A stretch of 64,000 nt of DNA, taken from assembly GCF_018350175.1 (NCBI RefSeq), contig NC_058368.1, forward strand, positions 235,912,001 to 235,976,000, in the 5' to 3' direction. Source of the stretch: Felis catus (lineage: Eukaryota). Position 1 is the first letter of the stretch. Every line of letters begins with the position of its first letter. The notes under the pieces are model-generated. The model worked only from the letters and a program-made list of their open reading frames with translations, did no database searches and was not told the origin of the DNA. A program made the translations under genes and the position numbers. This document shows, piece by piece, positions 36,985 to 49,855 of this stretch.

Positions 36985-38255
36985 CCCGTGCGATGACATG
37001 GCAAGTCCCAGAATGCATGTCTGCGACACGCTGAAGCAAGACGAACGTCCCAGGAAAAGTCTGTCCGCGACCGGCTGGGGAGGGAGCTCCCTGTGTTCCT
37101 CCTCGTCCACCCTGTTTAATTGAAACAACAGCTGACAGACGAACCATAATTTTTCAGACTTTGGTAGACGCTTCGTGGACCTTTCCTTGAAAAACAAATC
37201 AAGCGAGCCTGGCACTTCAAGGAAAGCAACTGACAGTATTTGTGGCGAAGGATAAAATTGGAGTTTTTAGGCATGAGCTTGACAGCTTTTCAATACTTAA
37301 AGACTTTTCTGATGAGATTGGCCATGTTAGTAATAAAGACAAATTTTTTGATATTTTAAAATGAACCGTATCAAGATTCAGAAGATCTGCCGACTTCAGT
37401 GAACCGCTGCTTTCCAAGTGACCAATCGGGGATGTGACAGCGTCCCAAATGGGCAAAGAATTCAGTCTTTCAAGGTGCGCCGTGGACCAGTGGACTTCAG
37501 TGTAAAAGAACATAAAAAATCGACGTGTTCGTCTCGATCCCACATTGCAAGAAACTACCACTTGCTTCGTATGAGTAGTATCACAGAAAAATATCCGCTA
37601 TTACGCAGAAAGGTTATTAAAATATTTATTTTTTCCTCCCACTTTTTTTTCTGGGAGGCCACAGTTTCCTTCCGACAGTCACAACAAAACAACTCATCAC
37701 AAGGGATTACATGAAGAAGCAGATATCAGGATCCAGCCGTCTCATAGGAAGCTTGCCTCCTCAATAGATTGAGAGTTAGAAGCAAAGCAAGTGTCCCACC
37801 ACCTTTCTGAAAAAATAATTGGATTGTAATAAAAAAAAATAGAGTATGTACATAACCATGCATTGGGATGATTCAATGAATTAAGAGATAAATAGCATTA
37901 GATGTATCCGTTTTTATTTCCAATGTAGTAAATATAAATATATACAACTCACCCAAACTAGTCTTTTGTTGTCCATGATTTTTAAATTTTTTTTTCAACG
38001 TTTATTTATTTTTGGGACAGAGAGAGACAGAGCATGAACGGGGGAGGGGCAGAGAGAGAGAGACACACAGAATCGGAAACAGGCTCCAGGCTCTGAGCCA
38101 TCAGCCCAGAGCCCGACGCGGGGCTCGAACTCACGGACCGCGAGATCGTGACCTGGCTGAAGTCGGACGCTTAACCGACTGCGCCACCCAGGCGCCCCTG
38201 TCCATGATTTTTAAAAGCATAGGATTCTGGAACTAAAACATTTGAGATCTGCAGT
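36985..38255 (+). mobile_element. Charlie1-type hAT DNA transposon, 3' part (dead transposase and right end), interrupted by a SINE
   Basis: cacttcaaggaaagcaactgacagtatttgt, catgagcttgacagcttttcaatacttaaagacttttctgatgagattgg, aagaaactaccacttg and gaagcagatatcaggatccagc match the Charlie1 consensus as I recall it; end-like aaaacatttgaga near 38235-38247. Confidence 0.85.
37987..38198 (-). mobile_element. Young feline SINE (SINEC_Fc-like) inside Charlie1
   Basis: TSD tgtccatgatttttaaa at 37970-37986 and 38199-38215. Confidence 0.97.
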
Positions 38256-40853
38256 CTGAATGCAAAATCTGATATCCATTGCTGCCTCGAAGACTTTCGA
38301 CTCATCTCATTTGTTGTTTTGCAGGTGACCTATTTTTTTTCTGGACCTTCTGGTATTTCCTCTCTCGCCCCGAGGTTCTAGGATGCTGTGACAGTCCACC
38401 TTGGTTTGTTTGGCTCTGTACGTCCTCCGTTCTGACCACTCTTGATAAAGCTTCTTTTGGTTTTTGATACTTGCTTTCCGCTACTGCTTTGTAGTTTCTT
38501 TCCAAATGCCCTCTTCATTTGATTTTAGACCGTTGGTCCCACTTTTATAATGTTCTTACCTGTTTTCCATGTTCTACGTCATTGTCTTTCACTTCTGCTT
38601 TTTGGCAGATTTCCTTGATGTTTTCTTTAATGCTCTGTATTTTAAATCTTTAATTTTATATCTTTAACTTTAATGGATGATTTCCTTTCCTCAGACCGGC
38701 ACTTTCCGTTTCATGAATGCAATTTCTTTCTTATCATTATTAGCTATTAATTCTATTTTGTTCTCAAGTGACCTTGGTTTTCTTTTTTTTTTTTTTTTTA
38801 ACATTGCTCTGGTTTCCTCCTGGTTCAGTTTTTGCCTCGTTTTGGTCTCTCTCACGGGCAAGGCTTCCCTTAGGTACCTGGTGATGTTTTGCTGTCTATG
38901 GACTCATTGTAGGGTTAAGACCCCCTCCTTCATAAAAGTCAATTACACTACAGGAAGGGAATACAAACGTGTAAGTCCCATAAGAACACAAGAAATTGGG
39001 CATTGCTGGACATGAACCAGTGACTTGTCTGTGAACGTTGCTCAGAAGGGCATGTTGGCAGTAAGAAGTGCATGGGGGCTCAGAAGAGAGGACATTCTGA
39101 AGTCTTCAGACTATCTGAATGCCCCCCCCCGGTCCACCCATTAATTGACCTCCTGCTTCTCTTCCAGGCCCCATGGGCTTATTCCAGAGATCGACTGAAC
39201 AGTTGGGCTCCAGGCTCATCAGTGATAAACCCAGTGGATGGTGAGGATAACGTATGGGGGAGAAAAGGGGAATTAGGCCAAAATCTACCTGTCCACCATA
39301 CTCTTAAAATGTAGGTATATCCCTTCCCAGGCAGGGGTGTGGAGGATGCCCCTTAGAAAAATACACACCAATGAATACATCAATGAGTAAATAAATAGGT
39401 AAATAATCCTGGGGAAGTCCCTCCACATGTCTTTGTATTTCTATGCATATCAGTGCTTTTATTAACTGCTTTCCCCGCCTTGCCTCCCACTTTATCTCAC
39501 GCTCCTTAAATGCTGACCACATATTTCGACGGGAAACGGCGCAAGACAAGGATGGAAAACATTTGGAGATGGAAACTGAGAACGTAGGACATGTGTCTCC
39601 CTTTTGGAAAGGGTGTGAGCATGCCTTCAATTGTACATATAATAGCCAGTGTTCTTAATGTTTTGTTTTAGACATTAGATAGGGGTAAACTGGGTGTATG
39701 GATGCTTACTTGACAAAATGGCAAATTATACGTGATCATCCGTTTTCAACTGAGCAAGGTCCCTGCCCCTTCCAGTGGGAAGGGGCAGTGGGAAACATGG
39801 CCATGAGGTTTGCAAGGGGGTGGAGAAGGATACGCCTGGTCTCTGCTGGCGGAGGCGGCCGGAAGAGTGGACTGACGCATGCTCCCAGCGGCTCTCCAGA
39901 GCGTCTCCAGCATCGGCGTCACTGATGCAGTGACAGAGCTCGCCAGAGACGGTTTCAAACCATGAGTCTCCATCATTCTCCTGAGGACCATCATTCTCAG
40001 TCTTTGGTGTTTCAGGCTGAGATCCCAAGCACTGAGTTGGATTTCCTGGGCTCGATTTGCCCAGGTCGCCCAAGGGTTGTGTCAACCCCGAATTGCTATG
40101 TTGAACAATGTCAAGAGGAAGGGACTTTTATTTCCCTGCGCCCTAGCCCACGGGACCCCAACTCTTCTTGTCCTCATGCGCCATGATCATGCTGCTTCCA
40201 GTGTTAGTGCTCAGGCTTAGTAGACACTGAGCGCTCGTCTCCACAGTGTTTCCTGGATCTTGGTCTTCTGCCTCTAGCGAACTCCGTGGGCCTTCTTGAC
40301 TCGTGATCGGCGGTGTGCCTTTCCCGTATCATACACCCATAGGCCAGGCCCTGGCAGGGGTCAGCAGTAGGGAGGGCATCTGAGAGACAGAGACATTACT
40401 TTCGTTAAATAGGATTCCACACATTCTAAGCGTGGGTTCCATGGCACACGTGGTTCCAGTCGCCAAATGGAATAGCTAAGGAGGCAGAGACTGTGGGGCC
40501 CACGACTTATCAGCAGCTCGCCTGGTTAGCACTTGTTGGTTTTGCTTTGTACCCTTCAGACATTTAGAGTCAGTCCCCACTGTGCCCTGGTCCCTTAATC
40601 ATATTTAACATTGCTAGACTGGCTGTGATTCTCATGGCATAACGAGATAGGATCTTGTCGGAAAAAAGCAAATTGCCATCTCTTTAGATATGATTCCAGT
40701 CATTCAGTCTCTTTCTAGAGCTCACAGTTTTAACGTTTGTGCTTTTGTTTTATCTGTCTCCAGAAACTTACACACGCACATGGCTGTACATGTATGCACA
40801 CATGAATGTGTTTGCTGAGCCCGTTGGAACAAGTTCAAAAAAGTTCAGAACGT

Positions 40854-41039
40854 GGGGAGTCTGGGTGGCTTAGTTGGTTGACTATCTGACTCTTGCCTTC
40901 AGCTCAGGTCACGATCCCAGGGTTGTGGGATTGGGCCCTGAGTCAGGTTCCACGCTCAGCAAGGAGCCTGCTTAAGATTCTCTCTCTCTCTCTGTCCCAC
41001 CCCCAGCTCACACTCGCTCTCTCTCTCTGAAAAAAAAAA
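40854..41039 (+). mobile_element. CAN-SINE (older)
   Basis: ggggagtctgggtggcttagttgg head, CT tract, A tail. Confidence 0.9.
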
Positions 41040-41609
41040 TTGGAATGCAATGACACTTCACTACTGAGAACTTCAGCCTGCTTCACCCAAGCACAGATAT
41101 GCTGCATAGCAAACATGGTGAATAGTCCCAAGTAAGACAATTAGCAATAAGTCACTTCTAACGTCCAGTATCTACCTGCTATCCCAATGTCGTTAAAATT
41201 TCCCCACTTTCCACTTGTTCCAGTAGTGATGAGGTTTTGTGTGTTTGTTTTTGTTTGCTTTGTTTTAAACTAGGATTGCATGGTTGTTATCTCTCTTTGT
41301 AATCCAAAGAGCGCTCGATATTTGATTTTTCCTTAGTGACTTTAGAGATGGGACCTTGCAATTGTCCTTGCACTGTGCACTGGTCAGTGTTCTGGACCCA
41401 GCCAACCAATCCCAGCTTTTTACCCTCAGCTTGAGTGTACTTGTGGAAAAACACCCCTTGGACCTTCCCCGTAATTTCACCTGGGTCAGATGTCTTGATT
41501 TACTATACCACATTTTGGGTTTGTGTGGTTATTTCTTTCTGTCTGTTGTTCTTGTTTTTCTAACCTTCTATATCATGCAAACTAGAGTTTGGGTCTAGAC
41601 TTTGAGCTC

Positions 41610-41826
41610 TTTTTTTTTTAAATTTTAATGTGTATTTATTTTTGAGAGAGAGATACAGACAGAGCACAAGCACGAGAGGGGCAGAAAGGGAGACACAGAA
41701 TCCAAAGCAGGCTCCAGGCTCTGAGCTGTCGGCACGGAGCCCGATGCGAGGCTCGATCCCACGGACCTGGAGATCGTGACCCGAGCTGAAGTCGGATGCT
41801 TAACTGACTGAGCCACCCAGGTGCCT
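41610..41826 (-). mobile_element. CAN-SINE
   Basis: Body and head gagccacccaggtgcc; gactttga flanks both sides. Confidence 0.93.
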
Positions 41827-42101
41827 TGACTTTGATCCAGTTCTGGTTAAACCAGCATTGGCAAGCATGGCTCAATAGTATTTATGTAAGGCCAAATTAT
41901 AGCCTTTCTATTACAGAACAAAAATAGTTACAAGGTTCAGCATTTTGGTTCTCATTGTTTAAAGCAATATGTTATTAAATGAAGAAACATTTGTTCTATT
42001 TCTTAACTCTGAAGAAAATATTCTTACTGCCTACTTGATATGGAATAACAGAGATAATATAATTCATAACAATATATAAAAAATGTGGCTATGTTATACA
42101 T

Positions 42102-42139
<38 letters not shown>

Positions 42140-45100
42140 GGTTCATATAGCAACCAATGGTTTATGAGAAATACATCATTTTCAGCTACAATTTTCTAAA
42201 GGCTTTTCATGAGGGGACAAAATAACTTAAACATTTATTTAGCAGGTGAATCCTCTCTTTCAATGTGATAAAGTGGAAATTAATGATAGATTTTGTCTTT
42301 GTGTCCTCCCATGCAGACTTCGTATAGCTTTTTTTTTTTTTTAACAAATTAAGAAGTGAATCTCTTTACATTCAAAAGCTTAATATCATTTCATTAGTGA
42401 ACATATGTTAAAGGGATTTTGGTAAAGGTATGCTTGCCCAGTCATGCTAATCAATGTCAAAGCCAAAACGATGCTGTCTATATTGGCTGGGATATGGCAT
42501 GTGCCTTCAGGTTTAATTCCGAGTTTAACTGAGCATTGGAGCCAATATGCACGGTCTTAATACCGAGACAGACAAAGATGGGTTTGTGCTGAAACTTTTC
42601 TCTTCCTGGTCATGGAGCCACCTGCCGTGGCACGCTAAGAAGGTCATAGAATATAATCTGCACCTCCTGGGAAGCCCTATGGAATCCTGGGATCCAACGC
42701 CCCCCCCCCCCCAATGTAGATGAAGAACTGTGGGCCAATAGAGGTCAAGGTCAAGGGCTGTAGTAGCACAGCCAGAGCAGAGTCAGTATGAAGCCCAGGG
42801 CTGAGAGTGGATGGGCTCCAGGTACATCTCCCAAGTTCGCTGTCTGTACCACCCTGCCCCCACCATGCCCGACTTCCAGAGGTGCCCAGATGCCAGGAGC
42901 TCTCTCTGCCTCTATGCACCTACATCTGTTGTTCTACTGGCCAGAAAGCCTGTCTCGCTCCTGACCCCACTTGCAACTTACCTGGCGATACAGGCAAACC
43001 CCCGGCCTCGCTGCGGGTCTCTCTGATCCACTCCCTGGGGGAGCTGGGAGCCCCCACCCTCCTCCTGTCTGGTCTATAGCACCTGCTGCTTAAACAGGGC
43101 CCTGCCGGCACGCCAGGAGAGAAGCAGCCTTTGGGATGGGCACCGTTCAGACATGTCCCCTTCCCTCAGAGGGAGGAGGCCCCAAACTCTGTGGTCGGCA
43201 TGGAGCCCCTCCCACGCACGCCAGAAAGCACCACGGCTGTGATTCTTTTGTCATTAATCCCTTCCTCGTGGGCTGTTTTCTGCGCCAGAGGCCTCATTTC
43301 CTCCCCAGCCCTCCTTCCGGTCGTTAATAGCCCCTAGCTGTGTGCTAGTTGAATAAACGCGCAAATGAACAAATCATCAGGTTTGAGCTCTGATTCTCTG
43401 ACTCCAAAACGTCCCGAGGAGGAAGACTCAGCTTTGCCTCTACTAGCCTAGTCCCCTCCAGAGAACGCATGGCCTCGTGTTTTTATGGCTCTGGTTACTG
43501 AAACTAAGTATTAGCACATGCTACTACATCATCAAGTATATTAGCATGTTTACCCAATTTCCCTGTTATCCCTCCTCGTTTTCCGAGCCCAGGTCGAAAC
43601 GAACGCGTTAAGAGCAGGGCCTTCTCCGATGGGCAGAGGCCAAGAGCCAGAAACTGTATCTTCTGAGCCCGAGAAACTGGAACTTCAGGGCATCTTGGTT
43701 CCATTCTCATTTATTGCAGCCTTTTCCTCACACTTCGCTCACGACCTCCTTTTGATATTCTTAATTAATTCTGCAATCGCCAAAATCAACCACACTTTTA
43801 TTTTCTTCCTAGCTAGTGCTTTTTAGTATAAACTGGCACAAACGGATAACATCAGAAAATATTGAAAAATAAAAAGAAACGGACTCTGTGTTTTTGTTTT
43901 CTTTTCCTAATTCATCCTTATCTTTTACTTTGCTCCCGTTCTTGAGTTTGTTGTCAATTCCTCACATCTTCATTTTTCTCTTTCTTTCTTTCTTTTAGGT
44001 GCACTCTATTTAGCCAAACTAATCACCCAGTCGGACCGAACTGTGTTAACATATGATTCAGGTTCTAGAATGTGGCAGGCTTTCAGGTCGTCGGCGGGCA
44101 CGTTCCATCACGGCCCCAGTGGTTTGCTTTGCGACCCGGATCATGCCAATGGTCAAGATTGTGTCCTGGGACACGTCGCCTCCAAGAGGGTTGCACTGTG
44201 GTGAAGTTGATCGAAAAGGCACCGTCTCGATCCCAGGGAGGGGCAGAAAAGAGGAGTGGTAAGGCTGCAGCCGCGGCTTTGAAGGTTACCTAATGCCCCC
44301 TGCCCAGCTCTGCCCTGGAGCCCAAAGATGGCGGCCAGGCTGAGTCGTGCGCCCACTGCCTGTGCGAATACTGGGGGCCAGACCGACGGGCAGTGTCTCT
44401 GGTGGTCAGCGTGAAAAACCAACAGGGAGCATGGGGGAGTGAGCAATGTGGCACAGAGGCCTCTACGCAGGAACCGTGAATAGTTGCTGGTTTTGGCTTC
44501 TGAGGGAGAGGTCACTCTTGGGGGCAGCAAGGGTGGCGTTTATTTAGTAACTGTGCCTTAGCATGTAGGCAGCTTCAGTGCCTGTATTTTTGTGCTGCTG
44601 TTGTTGACAAGAACCACAACCTGGTTTTCTTGTTCTCCGAACGTCAAACGCTTCTTTCACACCCCAGAAAGAGAATGACATCGTTCGCAGATTCTTGTCC
44701 AATTCTTTCAATCACTTTTAAATAACCTATGGCTCTTTTTTTCACAAATCCGTAAGTGCCGATACAGGGTAGTCGTAGTAATTATCGGTGTAAGGAACGG
44801 ATCACGGGATTGCATTTTCTGAGCTGTTATCCTTACGAGGCAGTTGTCATGACTCATTGCTGTTTCTTCACCAGATTCCTTAGACCATTCGGGGAGGCAG
44901 TGGTGGCCAGGCCGTCTCTTTCCCTCCCCTCCCCGCCCCTGCCTTGTTATGTAAGCATGCACTTGTGAGCGCCCCATCTGACCACCTCTTCCCTTCCCTA
45001 CTCATCATGACACCTGCTAGAAACCTCAAAGAAAGAGATTTTGTCTTATACAACTGGCATACATTCATCTTATACCTCTGACACTGAGCACAAACTTTGC

Positions 45101-45211
45101 ATGTAACTTCGAACTGGGTACCTTATTTTATCTAATTATTATCCCTCCCCAAACTCCAAGGTAACTCTCAGCTCTCTATCTAATGGTCCCACTGTTTCTG
45201 TGTTAGGCAAG

Positions 45212-45387
45212 ACAGAGTTTTCCAACCTCAGCACTAGTGATATTTTGGTCTAGGTTGAGGAGCATTTTTGGTTTCTACACATCAAATCCTAGTAGCATCC
45301 CCTTCCCCGAGTGTGACAATCAGATATATCTCCAGACTTTGCCAAATGTCCCCTAAGGGGCAGAATCGTCCCAACAGACAACCGCTG
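45212..45387. mobile_element. MER20 (non-autonomous hAT element)
   Basis: caacctcagcactagtgatattttgg...gtgacaatcagatatatctccagactttgccaaatgtcccctaaggggcagaatc...aaccgctg. Confidence 0.85.
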
Positions 45388-45419
45388 ATGCTAAATGTCT
45401 AAAAACTTTATACAGATCA

Positions 45420-45632
45420 GAGGTGCCCGGGTGGCTCAGTCAGTTCAGCCTCCAACCCTTGATTTTGGCTCCGGTCATGATCTCAAGGTTCCGTGGCATT
45501 GAGCTCTGCATTGGGCTCTGGGCTGACAGCACAAAGCCTACTTGGGATTCTCTCTTCCTCTTTCTCTGCCCCTTCCCCTCTCTCTATCTCTCTCAAAATA
45601 AAATAAACACGTATAAAAAAATAAAAAATAAA
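45420..45632 (+). mobile_element. CAN-SINE
   Basis: Head, CT tract and tail; aactttataca(g/t)atc flanks both sides. Confidence 0.92.
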
Positions 45633-45857
45633 GAACAACTTTATACATATCTGAGGCATGGGGCATGGTGAGGTTAACTATCTTGGTCCCCAGTGTCATC
45701 CAAGTAGTATGGACTTTCACAATGTTACCCATATGGCTTCACATTGGTCTCAAATCCAGACCATTGATGACTAAATGTTTACTAGTGTCTCCACTAATTA
45801 CTTGAAAGGCAAATCTAAAACAAGATAAAATGTCCCTTTAACTTATGAAATAAATCT

Positions 45858-46088
45858 TTAAAAAAATTTATTTATTTATTTATTTATTTTTTAATTTTTT
45901 TTTTAAACATTTATTCATTTTTTGAGAGACAGAGAGCACAAGTGGGGGAGGGGACAGAGAGAGAGGGAGACACATATCTGAAGCAGGCTCCAGGCTCTGT
46001 GCTGATGCGAGACTCAAACCCATGAACTGGGAGATCATGACCTGAGCCAAAGTCAGATGCTTAACCTACTGAGCCCCCCAGGAACCCC
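45858..46088 (-). mobile_element. CAN-SINE
   Basis: aataaatctt flanks both sides; (TTTA)n tail. Confidence 0.92.
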
Positions 46089-47256
46089 AATAAATCTTAA
46101 GACTTAGGGCAAAAATTACCTTTCATTTAATTTCCCATTGTCATTTGCATAGAGATGGGATCTCTTGCAATCCTTAGAGAAGTTTTTGAGAACACTTAGT
46201 GATTATGAAGCAGTGATTTCGAGTCATCTGTTGACAGAGGGACAGCAAGAGCTTCCTTGGATGTACGTGATGACAAATGACATCCTCCCCGCAGAGGCTG
46301 TGCGTGTGGTGGCATGGTCTTGAGTCTGGGAGCCGAGGCAAGGCTGGGGAGTGTGGGATCAGAAGCGTGAATGGGGAAGTGAGGCCCAAGGAGATGAGAA
46401 GACCCATGAGGTCAGGGACCACAGCTGTCATTTGGTGCCCACGTGATCTTTCTGGCCAAAGTAGAAAGAACGTGATAAAAGTGATTGATAAATGAATGAA
46501 CTTCAGGGAATTTGGCTCAATCAACTCAAAATCCAAAATGGATTCACTTCTGAGATTAAATGGTAACAACTCCATGTCAGATTCTCAAGTAGGCTTTGCC
46601 AAATGTCCCCTAGGGACATTTGTGTATAAACACGAAGAGAATATAGTTGCTGATGTAAATAATTGGTTTCATAGCTCCAAATGTGTGGTCCAGACTTGTT
46701 TCTACATAAATTTAAGAGTGATATGATTTTTTTTTTTTGATTTTGCAAGCTTGTGTGCAGGCACTGTGCATAACTGTGCTAGTTGGGGGAATACTTCTAG
46801 ACTCCGGACTTGAAGCTCAAGGGGAAGGAAGAGTGGACGTTAGTCACTCAGGGAGGAAGCACTTCCTTCTGAAATAATGTGATGTTTCCATGGTCTCCGT
46901 GAAAGGAGTGGACGAGTTAATTAATTTGTCTTTTCTTTTAACCTGCTTGGTTCCACCACTCAAACCGGCTTGTGTCCCAACGGACCCTCTGTCTCTGACA
47001 CGGGCTGTGCCTAACCCATCACCTTCACGACCTTCGCAGACAGTGACCTTTGTTTCAAGGGCACAGCGCGGGCGAGGTGCAGGAGGAAGGCGTCCCTGAG
47101 GCCTGAGTAGCGTTGGCCAGGAAAGGAGGTGGTCGAGGAAACCACCGCGCTGTGCCCACAGCTGAGGACTGGCCCCAGGCTCAGAGGCGCTGCGATCCTG
47201 AACGTCTGGATGAGACAGTGCTGTTAACTCACCTTGTCAAGCAGGTATGGAACCTT

Positions 47257-47485
47257 GAGGTGCCTGGGTGGCTCAGGCGGTTGAGCGTCCGACTTCGGCT
47301 CAGGTCATGATCTCGCGGTCCGTGGGTTCGAGCCCCGCGTCGGGCTCTGTGCTGACAGCCCGGAGCCTGGAGCCTGTTTCGGATTCTGTGTCTCCCTCTC
47401 TCTTTCTGCCCCTCCCCCCGCTCAGTCTCTGTCTCTCTCTGTGTGTCAAAAATAAATAAACATAAAAAGAAAAATTTTAAAAAGA
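47257..47485 (+). mobile_element. CAN-SINE
   Basis: Full body; tatggaacct flanks both sides. Confidence 0.95.
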
Positions 47486-47989
47486 AGTTATGGAACCTGG
47501 CCAAGGGAGCTACTGTTTTGAGGGAAATGGAGGGGTGTTGCTTCTGTAAAATCCCAAGGATGCGGGAACCCTGCCTGCAAGCAAGCTGGGTTGTCTTTGT
47601 AGGGAGGCGGCCGGCTCTGCCTGGTGATGAGAGCCTGGGGCTCCGGCCCCTCAGACGCAAGTGCGGTGAGCTCTCTTGCCCTCTGCGGTGACAATAATAA
47701 GATCCCCCTCCTAGGTTTGTGATGAGACCTGATTATGCTAATATATGCGAGGAATTTAGACCAGGCCTCAGCACAGAGTGCGCACTCCCGAGTCGCCCAG
47801 ACAAATGTATTATATACAGAAAGAATCTCTTTACAGATGAGATCCCTCGTATGGGTTTAAATTAGACATGGTCTTCTCACCATCGGGGCTCTTTCTCATA
47901 CCCTTGCATTTGGGAATGGTGCTGCGGCCACCTCGGTCAGCTGGCAGGAGCCTGGGACAGTCACTCAGACCCCGCTGTCATTGGGTATA

Positions 47990-48985
47990 TCCAACCTCCC
48001 ACCAGACGTCAGGTCCTGTTGGTTTTGTCTTCCATGAGCCCCTCCAATCCATCCACTGTGACCCACCGCATAACCACCCCCGCCACCGCCACGCCGTGCT
48101 GGGGCCACCTGTAAATGGGCCACTGCAGGGTCTCTGACCACCCTCCCATCCCTCCTCCAGCCAGTCTCCATGATCCAGCTGGAGCCATCCTTGCAAAATG
48201 CAGATACAGACACAAACACCCCTTTCCCATGCCTATGCCTACTTTTTAGCCCTTCAAGGGTGTCCCACTGCTCCGAGACGAGAGGCAGGTGCCTCTACAG
48301 CCAGGCTCTGGTGGGTTTCCTCATCTGCCGCAGGGTCCTCTTTCCACTGTGTTCCCCGCCCCCCTCGTCCCCCCCCCCCCGCCACTGCACATCCCTGCAT
48401 TCTGCAAGAATGCTACTTTGCAGCGACCTGGGCACAGGCTGTTCCTCCGAACGCCTGCTTAGTGGCCCATAGAGATTATTTTTTAAATTTGTTTTAATGT
48501 TTATTTTTGCCAGGCGGGGCGGGGGGGGGGGAGAGAGAGAGGGGCAGAGCATGAGCGGGGGAGGGGCAGAGAGAGAGGGAGACACAGAATCTGAAGCAGG
48601 CTCCAGGCTCTGAACTGACAGCTCAGAGCCCGATTCGGGGCTCGAACTCACCAACCGTGAGATCATGACCTGAGCCAAAAGCAAGAGTCAGACGCTTAAC
48701 CGACTGAGCGCCCCAGGTGCCCCCACCCGTATAGATTATTTAAACAGTAGCTTCAGAGCCACTTGCCCGGGAACACCTTGTCCAGTGCCTTGGACAGCTC
48801 CCGTCTCCCGCTGCATGGTTTCCAGCACTGGCCTCCCGGGGCCACACTCATTACACTGCAAATTTCCATTTATTGGTGTGACTTTTGTTCCTTCTGCCCA
48901 TGACCGCAGGCGCTGAGGCCGTCCCCCCAGCTGGCCCGAAGATGGCACAGAGCGAGGATGCAGGTCCAGTGAATGCATATAGAGA
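47990..48985 (+). mobile_element. Decayed L2 3' region interrupted by a CAN-SINE on the minus strand (48479-48724)
   Basis: Pyrimidine-rich L2-like text (ggcacaggctgttcctccgaacgcc); the SINE is flanked by ata(g/t)agattattt-like repeats. Confidence 0.65.
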
Positions 48986-49059
48986 TGGGGGGGTCAGGGC
49001 ACCCAGAGTTAAGGCGCATCGGAGGCTTCTGTCCCCGCTCTTTGCTAGGCTTCCGCGGT

Positions 49060-49565
49060 CAGTCACAATTCATTCCACTTCCGGAAAGAAAAAAAAAAAA
49101 AGAACAGACAAGAAAGCTAACGATTCCACAGTCAGGAGCTTTAATTTTAAGTAGCCCACTAAACTGTGTTAATTGCTTATGAAATTGGGACAAGTTGTGC
49201 ACGTGTCCCTCTGAAAAATAAATGCTATCACAGAAGAGATAAATACCCATTACTAAGAGATGATGATTTGCTCTATTTCCTCAGTCAAGCAATATTTATC
49301 AGGCACATTGATTTAACTAGAGGCTATTGGCAGATACAAATGGTTGATGACAAGAACCAAAAAACCACCTTCCATTGCCACAAGGGCTTTTCATTTTAAT
49401 GTAATGCTTTTTGGAATTACTGACGCTCCAGCTACGCCTCAAAGACGAATGAGCGGCTCCTGCCAGGTTCAATATATCACATTCCGGAGTTTGCTTAGCC
49501 TGCGTGCTATGGTCATTGCTTCCCAGAGTTTAAAAACACCTGGAGCATTTACTGGAAGTTTCAGG
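49060..49565 (+). mobile_element. Ty3/Gypsy LTR-retrotransposon pol fossil (reverse-transcriptase domain; frameshifted, catalytically dead)
   Basis: Across frames, in order: SSPL, KINAIT, RRDKYPLLRDDDLL, IDLTRGYWQI, KTTF, FHFNVMLFGITDAPATPQRRM, VIASQS, HLEHLLEV. This is the canonical motif order of a Gypsy reverse transcriptase. Confidence 0.85.
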
Positions 49566-49644
49566 GGGAAGACAACAACAACAACAACAACAACAACAGC
49601 TAAAGCTGAAAGAGAAATTGAACACAATTAACATGGTTTAAGTT

Positions 49645-49855
49645 TTTAAAATTTTTTAAATGTTAACTTATTTTTGAGAGAGAGAGAGAGAGTGAGAACG
49701 CAAGACGGGGAGGGGCAGAGGGGGAGGGACAGAGAGAGAATCCCAAACAGGCTCTGAGCTGTCAGCACGAAGCCAGATGTGGGGATTGAACCCACGAACC
49801 CCGAGATCATGACCCGAGCCGAAGATGGACACTCAACCGAGCCACCCGGGAGCCT
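49645..49855 (-). mobile_element. CAN-SINE
   Basis: Head gagccacccgggagcc, body and (GA)n tail. Confidence 0.92.

Noticed and set aside
37040..37750. Domesticated hAT transposase gene (ZBED/Buster-like)
   Set aside because: Stops, deletions and frameshifts throughout; an ordinary Charlie1 fossil.
49166..49631. Functional reverse transcriptase, retron-like system or domesticated Gypsy gene
   Set aside because: Several frameshifts, stops, loss of YxDD, a (CAA)n tract and an adjacent SINE insertion; no gag or LTRs were recognised.
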